A DNA stretch of 64,000 bases, from contig CDROCS010002422.1 of NCBI GenBank assembly GCA_977020255.1, positions 248,001 to 312,000 of the forward strand, given 5' to 3'. A program made the position numbers and the translations under genes. The notes under the pieces are model-generated. The model had not been told where the DNA came from and did no database searches. It saw only the letters and a program-made list of their open reading frames with translations. The DNA is from Obrimoposthia wandeli. Lineage: Eukaryota. Below are positions 32,501 to 40,970 of the stretch, piece by piece (within the stretch, counting starts at the first letter, position 1; every line of letters begins with the position of its first letter).

Positions 32501-33023
32501 CACTGATACCCAACAAAGCTTAGTCGATAAATACTACGATAAAGCAGTCGCTATTAACGCCCTTTCGCAAGCTCAAGGGCAATGTAGTAGCAGTGTATGT
32601 CACCGCATTACATTTCTTTATTCTTCACTGTTCCACCACCAAAACCTAAACCAGCAACTTCATCAAAATTTGCACGAATTATTTGCAGAAGCAAATATTA
32701 CCAGCCTAAAACACTTAGCCCAAATGTGCAGACATGAGCAATTGGTTAACGCGGAGGGTGAAGATAGCTATTTAGCAGATGAGCATAATTGGGAAAATTT
32801 AAATATCCCTATCAATTTTATTGCTGGTGAGTTAAATGAATGTTACTTACCTAAAAGCACCGAAATTACCTATAATTTATTATGCGAAAAGTTTTCTGCT
32901 GCGCAATATTCAAGAAATGTCATTGCGCAATACGGGCATATTGATTGTATATTTGGTGCACGTGCCGCCGTTGATGTTTATCCTACAATACTAGCGCACT
33001 TGGAAGAAACCGCTATAAATTGA
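29565..33023 (+). CDS. GMC oxidoreductase (cholesterol oxidase-like) fused to a middle domain and an alpha/beta hydrolase
   Basis: VIGSGYGG Rossmann motif, GGTSLINANV, CNNCGDCISGC, TVHPLGGC, AVNPLLTISAL. C-terminal domain has LVHGLG, VHCYG and YGHIDC. ATG at 29565 follows GGGAG. Confidence 0.85.
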   Translation: MKRISTHYSSIENHYDVIVIGSGYGGSISASRLSRAGKRVCLLERGKEILPGDYPDTQFEAFEELQIDSCQGKVGSPTGLFNIHVNKEQSVVVGCGLGGTSLINANVSLEPDPTVFAQNCWPPQIKQDISTHLKQGFDRAREMLKATPFPADCDLAKTNAHQKSAQAMGEAEHFYRPPINVNFTAGTNHVGVEQPACNNCGDCISGCNSGAKNTTLMNYLPDAYNHGAAIFCEVSVKYIQQVEDGWLVHYQPTKANSARELFSAPSLFVRAELVILAAGSLGSTEIMLRSKQQGLTLSEQLGKNFSGNGDVLGFGYNCDQAINGIGFGSKSEQDFKPVGPCITSIIDLRYKQHKAERMVIEEGSMPSALGNLLPNVLSTAANSVGIDTDTGLRDDFKEKMRVLSSKFRGPYAGAVNNTQTYLIMSHDDGQGVMQLEDDKLRITWPGLGLQPNFELANTNLLNATKALGGEFIKNPLWDKWLDFSLVTVHPLGGCCIAQSAEQGVTNHKGQVFSAASGDQVYKDLYICDGASIPTSLAVNPLLTISALTERCCSLIAKDRGWIINYDLPSSATKEEPELKLGIQFTETMKGHFSIRDLENAVTDKEIISTFQKAEARGKAENSPLEFTITVSSTDLETLLHSPAHNAHITGTVLAPALCDGPLVISEGTFNLFVVYPYSPDTKHMNYNMKLTSQTGDEYYFSGYKFIKEGGVGDVWPATTTLYVNIYRTSNTAGEIVGKGVLHIAPLDFAKQMTTMQVSNAKNNIEKLNAIARFGQYFASSLWESYGGVSYQQPLFNPLAEPRKKRPLRTPPPSIHWFKTADNVDLRLSRYHAGTKGPVMLVHGLGVSSKIFSTDTIDTNLTEYLCANDYDVWLLDFRVSIDLPCAEQQSNADQVAKYDFSAAIKTIKKHAHCQSIQAIVHCYGATTFFMSMLAGLKDVRSIVCSQIATHLVIPKLTQLKTGVHLPGFLQTLGVSEMTAYTDTQQSLVDKYYDKAVAINALSQAQGQCSSSVCHRITFLYSSLFHHQNLNQQLHQNLHELFAEANITSLKHLAQMCRHEQLVNAEGEDSYLADEHNWENLNIPINFIAGELNECYLPKSTEITYNLLCEKFSAAQYSRNVIAQYGHIDCIFGARAAVDVYPTILAHLEETAIN

Positions 33024-33176
33024 TTTTTTGACAGCATTGCTAGCGGGGGTATTTAAAAAGTACACCATCTTAGACGGCGCTGCTTCTAAACATGTTTTTT
33101 CGTTTTTCGATAAAGAGCATTACCTGTTGCAGCTAGTATGCTTAAATAGCTCAACTAGCAACCTTAAGAAAAACCA

Positions 33177-33674
33177 TTGGAGACCATCAGATTGACAAAA
33201 ACAGATTTCCAATTAGATAATTTCGATAAGAAAATCCTTAATATAATGCAACTGTCCAACCGTACTACAACTGAGCAAATTGCGGAGAATATAGGGTTAT
33301 CTGCTGCTGCCGTTCAAAGGCGTATTAAGCGCTTACGCGCACAAAAAGTCATCAGCGATGACGTTTCCATCATCAACCCAAAATCAGTAAAACGCCCTAT
33401 GACACTTATTGTACAAGTCACATTAGAGCGCGAACGAGCGGATTTAATGGATGATTTTAAAAAGGAAATGAAGAACAATGAGCTGGTCCAACAATGCTAT
33501 TATGTTACTGGTAGTTCAGATTTTATTTTGGTAATTACAGCGCAAGACATGGAAGATTACGAGGCATTTACCCGCAGTGCTTTTTTCGATAACAGCAATA
33601 TACGTAATTTTCAAACTAACGTAGTGATGGACAGAGTAAAGGTTGGTTTAAACGTGCCGTTAACAATAGATTAG
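33177..33674 (+). CDS. Lrp/AsnC family transcriptional regulator
   Basis: LDNFDKKIL...IAENIGLSAAAVQRRIKRL HTH and RAM domain (VQQCYYVTGSSDF). Confidence 0.92.
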   Translation: METIRLTKTDFQLDNFDKKILNIMQLSNRTTTEQIAENIGLSAAAVQRRIKRLRAQKVISDDVSIINPKSVKRPMTLIVQVTLERERADLMDDFKKEMKNNELVQQCYYVTGSSDFILVITAQDMEDYEAFTRSAFFDNSNIRNFQTNVVMDRVKVGLNVPLTID

Positions 33675-33700
33675 TTGTTATATAAACCTGCTAGAGGTAT

Positions 33701-34534
33701 TTGTTAATGATTGTGTTATTAAAAGCCACCAGCCATAAGACCTTATACACCCAACACTATATCAACTTTACCCATACGCTTTATGTCGCACTTTTATATA
33801 GCTTGCTAACGAATATATCGTTCGCAACTGAAACTAACCATATTTTTTCTGTTGCCGCACCACCTTTTGCGCCTTTTATGTATACCGGCTCATCTGAGCA
33901 GTGCTTAGGCATTGTGCCAGAGCTAATCGCTAAGATTACCCAAGGCAGCAATTTTACCTTTAAGGTAAAACAATTTCCCTACGCTAGAATTATTAACAAT
34001 TTAAACAACGGACTCTTAGATAGCGCTGTTATTTTCAAAAACGATAAAATTTTAATCAATAATAGAATATCTAATAATATTCACTATATTGGCCCTTTAG
34101 CTCTATCAAAGGTTATTGTTATGAGCCACGAATCCATCAACTCATATGATGATTTAGTTAAACTAAAAGCAATAGCCGTGATTAGAAAAGCAAGTTTTGA
34201 TACGCGCTTTGATTTAGACACAGAGATTAAAAAATCTTACGTTGAAAACTATCATCAAGGTTTAAAAATGATGCTATCTGGCCGAGCTGACGCAGTCATC
34301 GGCTCACAGATAGGCGTTGAACACAGTATGCTCATGCATAATATAAAAATTTCAGATTATAATAGTTTTCAGATAAGCCAGAAAGAATGGGGCTTTCACA
34401 TAAACAAAGATGCTTTCAGTGCTAAACAGCAACAAACACTGCAAGAAATAGTAGATCAAAATAAAGATCTTAACCTACTCTATACTCTTTATAAAAACCA
34501 ACTGCCATTGCATGCTAAGTGCAGCAAGAAATAA
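33701..34534 (+). CDS. Orphan extracellular solute-binding protein, family 3-like
   Basis: PPFAPF..G, FPYARI, IAVIR, QGLKMMLSGRADAVIG pattern; exact start uncertain. Confidence 0.7.
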   Translation: MLMIVLLKATSHKTLYTQHYINFTHTLYVALLYSLLTNISFATETNHIFSVAAPPFAPFMYTGSSEQCLGIVPELIAKITQGSNFTFKVKQFPYARIINNLNNGLLDSAVIFKNDKILINNRISNNIHYIGPLALSKVIVMSHESINSYDDLVKLKAIAVIRKASFDTRFDLDTEIKKSYVENYHQGLKMMLSGRADAVIGSQIGVEHSMLMHNIKISDYNSFQISQKEWGFHINKDAFSAKQQQTLQEIVDQNKDLNLLYTLYKNQLPLHAKCSKK

Positions 34535-34585
34535 CCCCTTAAAAGATACTTTTAATAAGCTACTCACTAGCAATTTAAGCGAGAA

Positions 34586-35776
34586 TTAACTAATTAATTG
34601 CTGATACAGCTCAGGGTCGGTAGCCCCTTCAGTGCCGATCACTAATATTTTGCTGTTTTCATTAAGCCCAAGCTTCACACTAAACTCAGTATTTTGTGAC
34701 GCGATAACCGCCGCTGACAAACCAGGTACTGCTGACTCGCCCGCTTCCACTGGTGCATCATTTTTGTACCCAGTGGCTAGTAACTTCATGGTTGGTGCGA
34801 CAGAGTCTTCGCTAATAGTAAGAAAATCATCCGCGCCATTTTCCAGTATTTCCCAAGCTAAGCTAGAAACTTCACCACAGGCTAAACCTGCCATCAAAGT
34901 ATCTAAATCTCCAGTCACCGCTGTTGCTTTACCAGCCTTGGCACTTTCTTGTAAGCAATTGGCTTGCTCTGGCTCTACCACGACAAAGCGAGGACGCTTG
35001 CTGCCCCACAAATCCCAAAAGTAGCCACAGACCGCTGAGGCTAAGCCACCCACTCCACCTTGAATAAAGACATGGGTAGGTATATCACCCGCTAACTGTT
35101 CAACTATTTCTGCCAGCATTACGGTATAACCTAAAGCGACATCTTTAGGGATCTCCATATAACCTGGGTAGCTAGTATCTGATACGATTATACGCTGGTT
35201 TGCTTTAGCTTCTTTATCTGCCAAGCGTACTGATTCATCATAATTACCCGTAATACGCACTACTGTAGCGCCAAAAGCTTCCATTGCCGTTTGACGGCCA
35301 ATTGAAACATCGCGATGAATATAAATCACGCAGTCGCAACCGAATATTTTCGCTCCCCACGCCACCGAACGTCCATGATTACCATCTGTTGCACAACTAA
35401 CCACTAGTTCATTTACATCAGCTTGGCATTTACCGGCTAATAAATCGGCAATACTGGGTTCAGCCAAGCCTTTAGCAACCATCGCTTGTTGCAACTGTCT
35501 TGCAACTGCATAAGCGCCACCTAGTGCTTTAAAGCTTTTTAAATCAAAACGCTGCGCTTCGTTTTTATACCAAATTTTTGCCACGCCTGCAGTGCTTGCT
35601 AGCGAACTGAATGATTGCAAATCAGTCGGTTTGTATCCTGGCCAAAGTGAAATATCAGCAACCGCACGATCAGAATTAGCGACACAGATAATGTTTTTTT
35701 GCGCGCTGCTGTAAACGTTCTCAGCACTTGCTTGTGGATTGCCAAAATGGCTAAGTGATCCTGGAATTATGGACAT
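34586..35776 (-). CDS. dpaL: Diaminopropionate ammonia-lyase (PLP, fold type II)
   Basis: KNEAQRFDLKSFKALGG PLP-Lys motif, ATDGNHGRSVAW, QGGVGGLA, TLMAGLACGE, GTEGATDP. Confidence 0.88.
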   Translation of the reverse strand: MSIIPGSLSHFGNPQASAENVYSSAQKNIICVANSDRAVADISLWPGYKPTDLQSFSSLASTAGVAKIWYKNEAQRFDLKSFKALGGAYAVARQLQQAMVAKGLAEPSIADLLAGKCQADVNELVVSCATDGNHGRSVAWGAKIFGCDCVIYIHRDVSIGRQTAMEAFGATVVRITGNYDESVRLADKEAKANQRIIVSDTSYPGYMEIPKDVALGYTVMLAEIVEQLAGDIPTHVFIQGGVGGLASAVCGYFWDLWGSKRPRFVVVEPEQANCLQESAKAGKATAVTGDLDTLMAGLACGEVSSLAWEILENGADDFLTISEDSVAPTMKLLATGYKNDAPVEAGESAVPGLSAAVIASQNTEFSVKLGLNENSKILVIGTEGATDPELYQQLIS

Positions 35777-35949
35777 AGCAATATCTCTCGTTAATTAATC
35801 TAATATAGAAAAGTATAACGCTATCTAATGCTGATTTACCGCGCAGTTATATGTATTAAAAGAGTATCAATGATGACTACAGCACTAATACGCAGGAATT
35901 CCGCATATTAGTTTGTATAGAGAAAACGTTTATTAAGTTTTAGAGAATA

Positions 35950-36723
35950 TTAGTTTCTTACTTCAATGCCTTGTTCATGCATGTAAGCTTTTGCTTGCGC
36001 TATAGAGAATTCACCAAAGTGAAAAATAGAGGCCGCTAACACCGCATCTGCACCGCCTTTTAGCACCCCATCCACTAAATGCTGTAAATTACCCACGCCA
36101 CCCGACGCAATAATAGGCACATTCACCGCTTCAGAAATGGCCTTAGTCACCCCTAGATCATAGCCGTTTTTAACACCATCTTGATCCATTGATGTCAGTA
36201 GTATTTCTCCTGCGCCATACTCAACCATTTTAACGGCCCATTCTATAGCATCGATACCGGTTGGCTTGCGCCCTCCATGAGTAAAAATCTCCCATCGAAG
36301 AGGTTCTCCATCCGCGGAAACTTTTTTAGCATCAATCGCAACAACAATACATTGCGAGCCAAAACGATCCGCGGCCTCACGCACAAATTCAGGGTTAAAA
36401 ATAGCAGCACTATTGATCGACACTTTATCTGCACCAGCATTAAGCATCGTACGAATATCTTCACAAGAACGGATACCGCCGCCTACTGTAAGCGGAATAA
36501 ATACTTGTGATGCCATTTTTTCTACCGTATGCACCATCGTATCGCGCCCTTCATGAGTGGCGGTGATATCTAAAAAGGTAATTTCATCGGCACCTTGCTC
36601 ATCATAACGCTTAGCGACTTCTACAGGGTCTCCTGCATCGCGAATATCAAGAAACTGTACACCTTTTACTACGCGGCCATTTTCAACATCAAGGCAAGGT
36701 ATAATGCGTTTTGCTAAAGCCAT
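35950..36723 (-). CDS. hisF: Imidazole glycerol phosphate synthase cyclase subunit
   Basis: [37 protein letters not shown]; ATG at 36723. Confidence 0.98.
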   Translation of the reverse strand: MALAKRIIPCLDVENGRVVKGVQFLDIRDAGDPVEVAKRYDEQGADEITFLDITATHEGRDTMVHTVEKMASQVFIPLTVGGGIRSCEDIRTMLNAGADKVSINSAAIFNPEFVREAADRFGSQCIVVAIDAKKVSADGEPLRWEIFTHGGRKPTGIDAIEWAVKMVEYGAGEILLTSMDQDGVKNGYDLGVTKAISEAVNVPIIASGGVGNLQHLVDGVLKGGADAVLAASIFHFGEFSIAQAKAYMHEQGIEVRN

Positions 36724-36755
36724 AATTTTTTCACTATAAATAAAACGTAAGAGTC

Positions 36756-36885
36756 TCAACCTAAGGAAGTACTCCATTAAAAAGAGCTTCAATCTGAAGG
36801 AGGCACTACGTTAAAAGGAATTTCAACCTAAGGAGGTACTCCGTTACAAGAAACACCAACCTCAGCCAATACTGCATTATAAAAG
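36756..36885. repeat. Degenerate tandem array of 33/34-bp units (3 good copies and 1 decayed)
   Basis: Units start at 36756, 36789, 36823 and 36856; consensus TCAACCTAAGGAGGTACTCCGTTAAAAG. Units 1 and 3 match at 23 of the first 26 nt. Confidence 0.85.
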
Positions 36886-36894
36886 TAAACTAAC

Positions 36895-36937
36895 TAGTGT
36901 TCATCCAGAAACGGATGTCTACTGCGAACGCCTCACT
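36895..36937 (+). repeat. Truncated copy of the 163-bp palindromic element (one terminal arm)
   Basis: 35/43 identity to the reverse complement of 62154-62196; flanked by a 9-bp direct repeat ACTAACTAG (36889-36897 and 36935-36943). Confidence 0.8.
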
Positions 36938-36943
36938 AACTAG

Positions 36944-37588
36944 CTACAGTTTACCGTCCCAATTAAGGAAGTTTTTTAATAACTGTAATCCAGCGGTGTG
37001 GCTCTTTTCTGGATGAAACTGCACACAAAAGCTATTTTTATCGCTTAAAGCTACGTCAAAATCCACTCCATAATGGCAACGACCAGCCACTTGCTGACGA
37101 TCTTTTACATCCACAAAGTAACTATGCACAAAATAAAAACGGCTATTATCTTCAATATCTTGCCATAGAGGATGCTGTATTGTTTGAGATACTTGATTCC
37201 AACCCATGTGCGGAACTTTTAAGCGCTCGCCGTGTTCAATCATTCCTGGTGCAAATTGCTTAACTTCACCTTCATAAATGCCTAGGCAATCAGATCCACC
37301 ATTTTCTTGCGAATATTGCATCAAAGCTTGGTAACCCACACAGATACCTAAAAAAGGTTTGCCACTAGCGAGTGCATCAGCCACTTCAATATCTACGCCT
37401 TGCGCCAGCATTTGTGCCACGCAATCACGTATAGCACCAACTCCCGGCAAGACAACTCTATCACTATCTGCGATTATTTGAGGATCGCTGGTAATACGTA
37501 CTTCAACATTAGGCTCTACATACTCTAATGCCTTTGCAACAGAGTGTAGATTACCCATACCGTAATCTATAACGGCTACTGAGCTCAT
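36944..37588 (-). CDS. hisH: Imidazole glycerol phosphate synthase glutaminase subunit
   Basis: [33 protein letters not shown]. Confidence 0.98.
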   Translation of the reverse strand: MSSVAVIDYGMGNLHSVAKALEYVEPNVEVRITSDPQIIADSDRVVLPGVGAIRDCVAQMLAQGVDIEVADALASGKPFLGICVGYQALMQYSQENGGSDCLGIYEGEVKQFAPGMIEHGERLKVPHMGWNQVSQTIQHPLWQDIEDNSRFYFVHSYFVDVKDRQQVAGRCHYGVDFDVALSDKNSFCVQFHPEKSHTAGLQLLKNFLNWDGKL

Positions 37589-38182
37589 CTATAAACTTCC
37601 TTTAGTCGACGGCATTAAATCAGGTGCTCTAGTATCGACACTTAATGCCATTCGCAAGGCACGGCCAAAAGCTTTAAAAATGGTTTCAGCTTGATGATGT
37701 GCATTAAAGCCTTTGATGTTATCAATGTGCAAAGAAACGCCAGCATGGTTAACAAAACCTTGGAAGAACTCCCAAAAAAGCTGAGTATCTAATTTACCAA
37801 TACTACCGCGCGTAAATTCACAGTTAAAAAACAACCCAGGTCTACCTGAAAAGTCAATAACAACTCTTGAAAGCGCTTCATCCAAAGGGACATATGCATG
37901 GCCATAACGGACAATACCCGTTTTATCACCCACGGCTTCTTTAAACGCTTGGCCTAAAGTAATACCTATATCTTCAACGGTGTGATGGTCATCAATATAG
38001 ACATCACCATTGGCTTCAATTTCAATATCAATTAAGCCATGTCGCGAAATTTGATCCATCATGTGCTCAAGAAATGGCACGCCTGTATCCGCTTGAAATT
38101 TACCTGTTCCATCTAAATTGATAGAAACAGTAATTTGCGTTTCGCTTGTTTCTCTGTTTATTGTCGCTTTGCGCTCAGACAT
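37589..38182 (-). CDS. hisB: Imidazoleglycerol-phosphate dehydratase (monofunctional)
   Basis: [36 protein letters not shown]. Confidence 0.98.
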   Translation of the reverse strand: MSERKATINRETSETQITVSINLDGTGKFQADTGVPFLEHMMDQISRHGLIDIEIEANGDVYIDDHHTVEDIGITLGQAFKEAVGDKTGIVRYGHAYVPLDEALSRVVIDFSGRPGLFFNCEFTRGSIGKLDTQLFWEFFQGFVNHAGVSLHIDNIKGFNAHHQAETIFKAFGRALRMALSVDTRAPDLMPSTKGSL

Positions 38183-38633
38183 GCTGACCTACCTTTGATT
38201 ACACAATTTAAAAAACTGCTGATAAGCACCATTGATAATGCTTTTTAACAGCTTACATTTAGGGCTTTATTTAAAAGCTCAAGTATATATAGAAGCCGTC
38301 TGTGGGAACAGCCAAATAATTTTAAATATTCACTTTGTGATTACCTCGTAACTGTAAAACATGCTCATTATTTCTAGATGGATAATGCTTAATGATTAAT
38401 ATTTATTGGATAAACCACCGTTCGTTAAAGCTGAAACTATGTGCTACTTGCCAAAAAGCAAACATCTGCTACGGTAAAAACAGCAATTTTGCGACTCTCG
38501 TGTCACAATAGTGCTTTGCGAGAACTTGGTTCTCATTTATTTTATGTGTCACTTGGACATTAAGTTTCCCGACATAAATTGTAAAAGCGAATTCATAAAA
38601 ATAATTTTAGGTAAGGTTAACTAAGGAAGGGAA

Positions 38634-40838
38634 ATGAAAAAAGTCATCAAAATTCTAGCTAGTTTGATCGCAGTAGTGGTTATTTTGTTGCTCGCAGGAG
38701 GAACACTTTTAGGGCTCTTTATAGACCCTAACGATTACAAAGATGAAATAGAGCAAGCAGCACTTGATAACGCCGATCTGAAGTTAAAAATAGATGGCGC
38801 GATTGAATGGTCAATCTACCCTTCTATTGGTTTAGATATTACTAAAATTCAAGCGGGCTACCCAGGCAAAGACACTTTCGCCTCTTTAGATAGCGCCCAA
38901 GTATCTGTAATGTTGATGCCGTTACTTTCTAGTGAAGTAAAAATGAAAACGATCACTATTACCGGTTTAGATCTTAACTTAGTGCAAGGAAAAAAGTCTA
39001 ATAACTGGCAAGTTCAAAACAGTGATACTAAGGTTGAAAACAGTACTACATCAGTAACCCCGAAGCCGGATAATGCTGGGCAAGACACAGAGAGCGCACT
39101 AGGTATCGATGTCGAAAGCATCATCATTCGCGATGCGAAAATCACCTATACAGATACAAATACTGGCGATAGCACCAGCCTTTCAGCGCTCAATTTAACC
39201 ACTGACAGAGTAGTATTAGGCAAAGCGTTTAATGCGCAATTAGATTTTACAGCACAAGTAGTAAAGGCGAGCAAAACAGTACTTAAAAGTCATGCTGAGA
39301 TCAGCGCTAATTTCAATATCGATCATATAAGCCAACGCTTTAAAATTAGCCAATTAGTCACCAAACTCAGCATTACAACGGATCAACAAATTGATCTACA
39401 ATTCAAAGCTGATTTAGATGCCGATATGGCAGCTAGCCTTATTCGTGTTGATAATTTACAGCTACAAAGCTTTGGTTTAGATGCTAGCGGGGAAGTCATA
39501 GCGCAAGGTGCTGATTTTTCCGATATTAGCGGTAATCTTAATATCGCCCAATTTGACTTAAAAGCATTACTCGCGAAGTTAAAACTACCACCAATCGTTA
39601 CCAGTGATGACAGCAGCTTGCGTAAAGTAGCACTTAGTACTCAAATAAAAGGCAACTTAAAACAACTTAATTTTGACAAGTTAGTACTTGCTGTAGACGA
39701 TACCAGAATATCGGGTAGTGCTAACTACAACTTAGCCAGTACTTTAGCTTCCTTTAATTTAACGGGCGATAAGTTAAATATAAACAGCTATTTACCAAGC
39801 CCTGCTAATAATGCAACCGCTCAAACAAGCAGTACCAAAACAACGGCTGAAAAATCGGCAAGCACCGGCTATTCAAAAGATATCATCATTCCTGTTGAGC
39901 CATTAAAAAGCCTGAAACTAAAAGGTAAGTTACTCTTTAAACAGCTTACTTTTCAAAAAACCATTATCAGTAATTTAGAGCTAAACATTGATGCGAACAA
40001 TGGTTTAGTGAAAATACCTAAGTTAAATTTAAATGTATACGGTGGCAGCCTTAGCAATAACATTACCTTAGATGCTCGCAAGAAAACCTTAAAACTGAGC
40101 ATCAACAATAAAATCAATAAGCTCAACATAGGCCCATTGCTAACTGATTTTGCAAACACCGACATGCTAACTGGCACACTTGTATCTAGCAGCGTTTTAA
40201 CTGCAAGAGGCCAATCTCTACATAGCATTATCAACACTTTAAACGGAAAAACACAGCTAGCCTTAGCTAACGGCGTAATCAAGGGCATTAATGCTGCACA
40301 AAAGATGTGTGAAACGATTAACAAAATCTCTTCATTAGGCGGTACGGTTTCTGCGACAAAATCAGTCGATCAATCCACTCCTTTCGCCACCATAAAAGGA
40401 CAATTGAATTTCAAAAATGGCGTGATGAGTAATAAAGACTTCACCGCTAAACTAGATGCGCTAGATATTGCCGGCAAAGGCCGTGTAGATCTTGCTAAAC
40501 AAACCCTTGATTATCGCGTCGGTTTGAAAATCCAAGAAAATCTATTTAAAAAGAGCTGCTCTGTTAATAATAAGATTCAAGGAGTTGAATGGCCTATCGA
40601 TTGTAAAGGAAAGTTTAGTGACGACCCTTTAAAACTGTGTAAGCCTGATTTAAGTGTAGTGAAGGATTTACTGAAGAATGCGCTTAAAGCTAAATTAGCT
40701 AAAAAATTAGAAGCTAAACTTGGCGGCTCAGTGACAGAAAAGAAGCAAGAAATCAAGCAAAAAGTAGAAGAGAAAAAGCAAGAACTTCAGCATGAAATCG
40801 AAGATAAATTAAAAGGTGCTTTAAAAGGTTTATTTTAA
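38634..40838 (+). CDS. asmA: AsmA family protein
   Basis: N-terminal TM, IDPNDYKDEI...IDG.IEWS, beta-taenia-like repeats, C-terminal TPF..I.G...F.NGV..N.D; asmA-mutY-yggX synteny. Confidence 0.88.
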   Translation: MKKVIKILASLIAVVVILLLAGGTLLGLFIDPNDYKDEIEQAALDNADLKLKIDGAIEWSIYPSIGLDITKIQAGYPGKDTFASLDSAQVSVMLMPLLSSEVKMKTITITGLDLNLVQGKKSNNWQVQNSDTKVENSTTSVTPKPDNAGQDTESALGIDVESIIIRDAKITYTDTNTGDSTSLSALNLTTDRVVLGKAFNAQLDFTAQVVKASKTVLKSHAEISANFNIDHISQRFKISQLVTKLSITTDQQIDLQFKADLDADMAASLIRVDNLQLQSFGLDASGEVIAQGADFSDISGNLNIAQFDLKALLAKLKLPPIVTSDDSSLRKVALSTQIKGNLKQLNFDKLVLAVDDTRISGSANYNLASTLASFNLTGDKLNINSYLPSPANNATAQTSSTKTTAEKSASTGYSKDIIIPVEPLKSLKLKGKLLFKQLTFQKTIISNLELNIDANNGLVKIPKLNLNVYGGSLSNNITLDARKKTLKLSINNKINKLNIGPLLTDFANTDMLTGTLVSSSVLTARGQSLHSIINTLNGKTQLALANGVIKGINAAQKMCETINKISSLGGTVSATKSVDQSTPFATIKGQLNFKNGVMSNKDFTAKLDALDIAGKGRVDLAKQTLDYRVGLKIQENLFKKSCSVNNKIQGVEWPIDCKGKFSDDPLKLCKPDLSVVKDLLKNALKAKLAKKLEAKLGGSVTEKKQEIKQKVEEKKQELQHEIEDKLKGALKGLF

Positions 40839-40881
40839 AAGTAGCACGTAATTTGACTGTTCGCTAGAGCAAAATAATGAC

Positions 40882-40914
40882 ATGGGGTTTAGATAGCTTA
40901 ACTATAAACCTCAT
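40882..40914 (+). terminator. Stem-loop after asmA (possible terminator)
   Basis: ATGGGGTTTA...TAAACCTCAT inverted repeat; weak T tail. Confidence 0.4.
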
Positions 40915-40970
40915 TCTTTGATTTAAATATTAAGATAAAACCTCAATATATAACAAGCGTGTAGGTGTGA

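Noticed and set aside
29514-33023. Firm call as cholesterol oxidase
   Set aside because: GMC motifs do not define the substrate, and the extra domains and lack of a signal peptide differ from characterised enzymes.
36806-36877. His attenuator leader peptide upstream of hisF
   Set aside because: The 23-aa ORF has no His codons or RBS, and no terminator/antiterminator follows.
36756-36885. CRISPR array interpretation of the 33/34-bp repeats
   Set aside because: Units are contiguous with no unique spacers, they are degenerate, and no cas genes are present.
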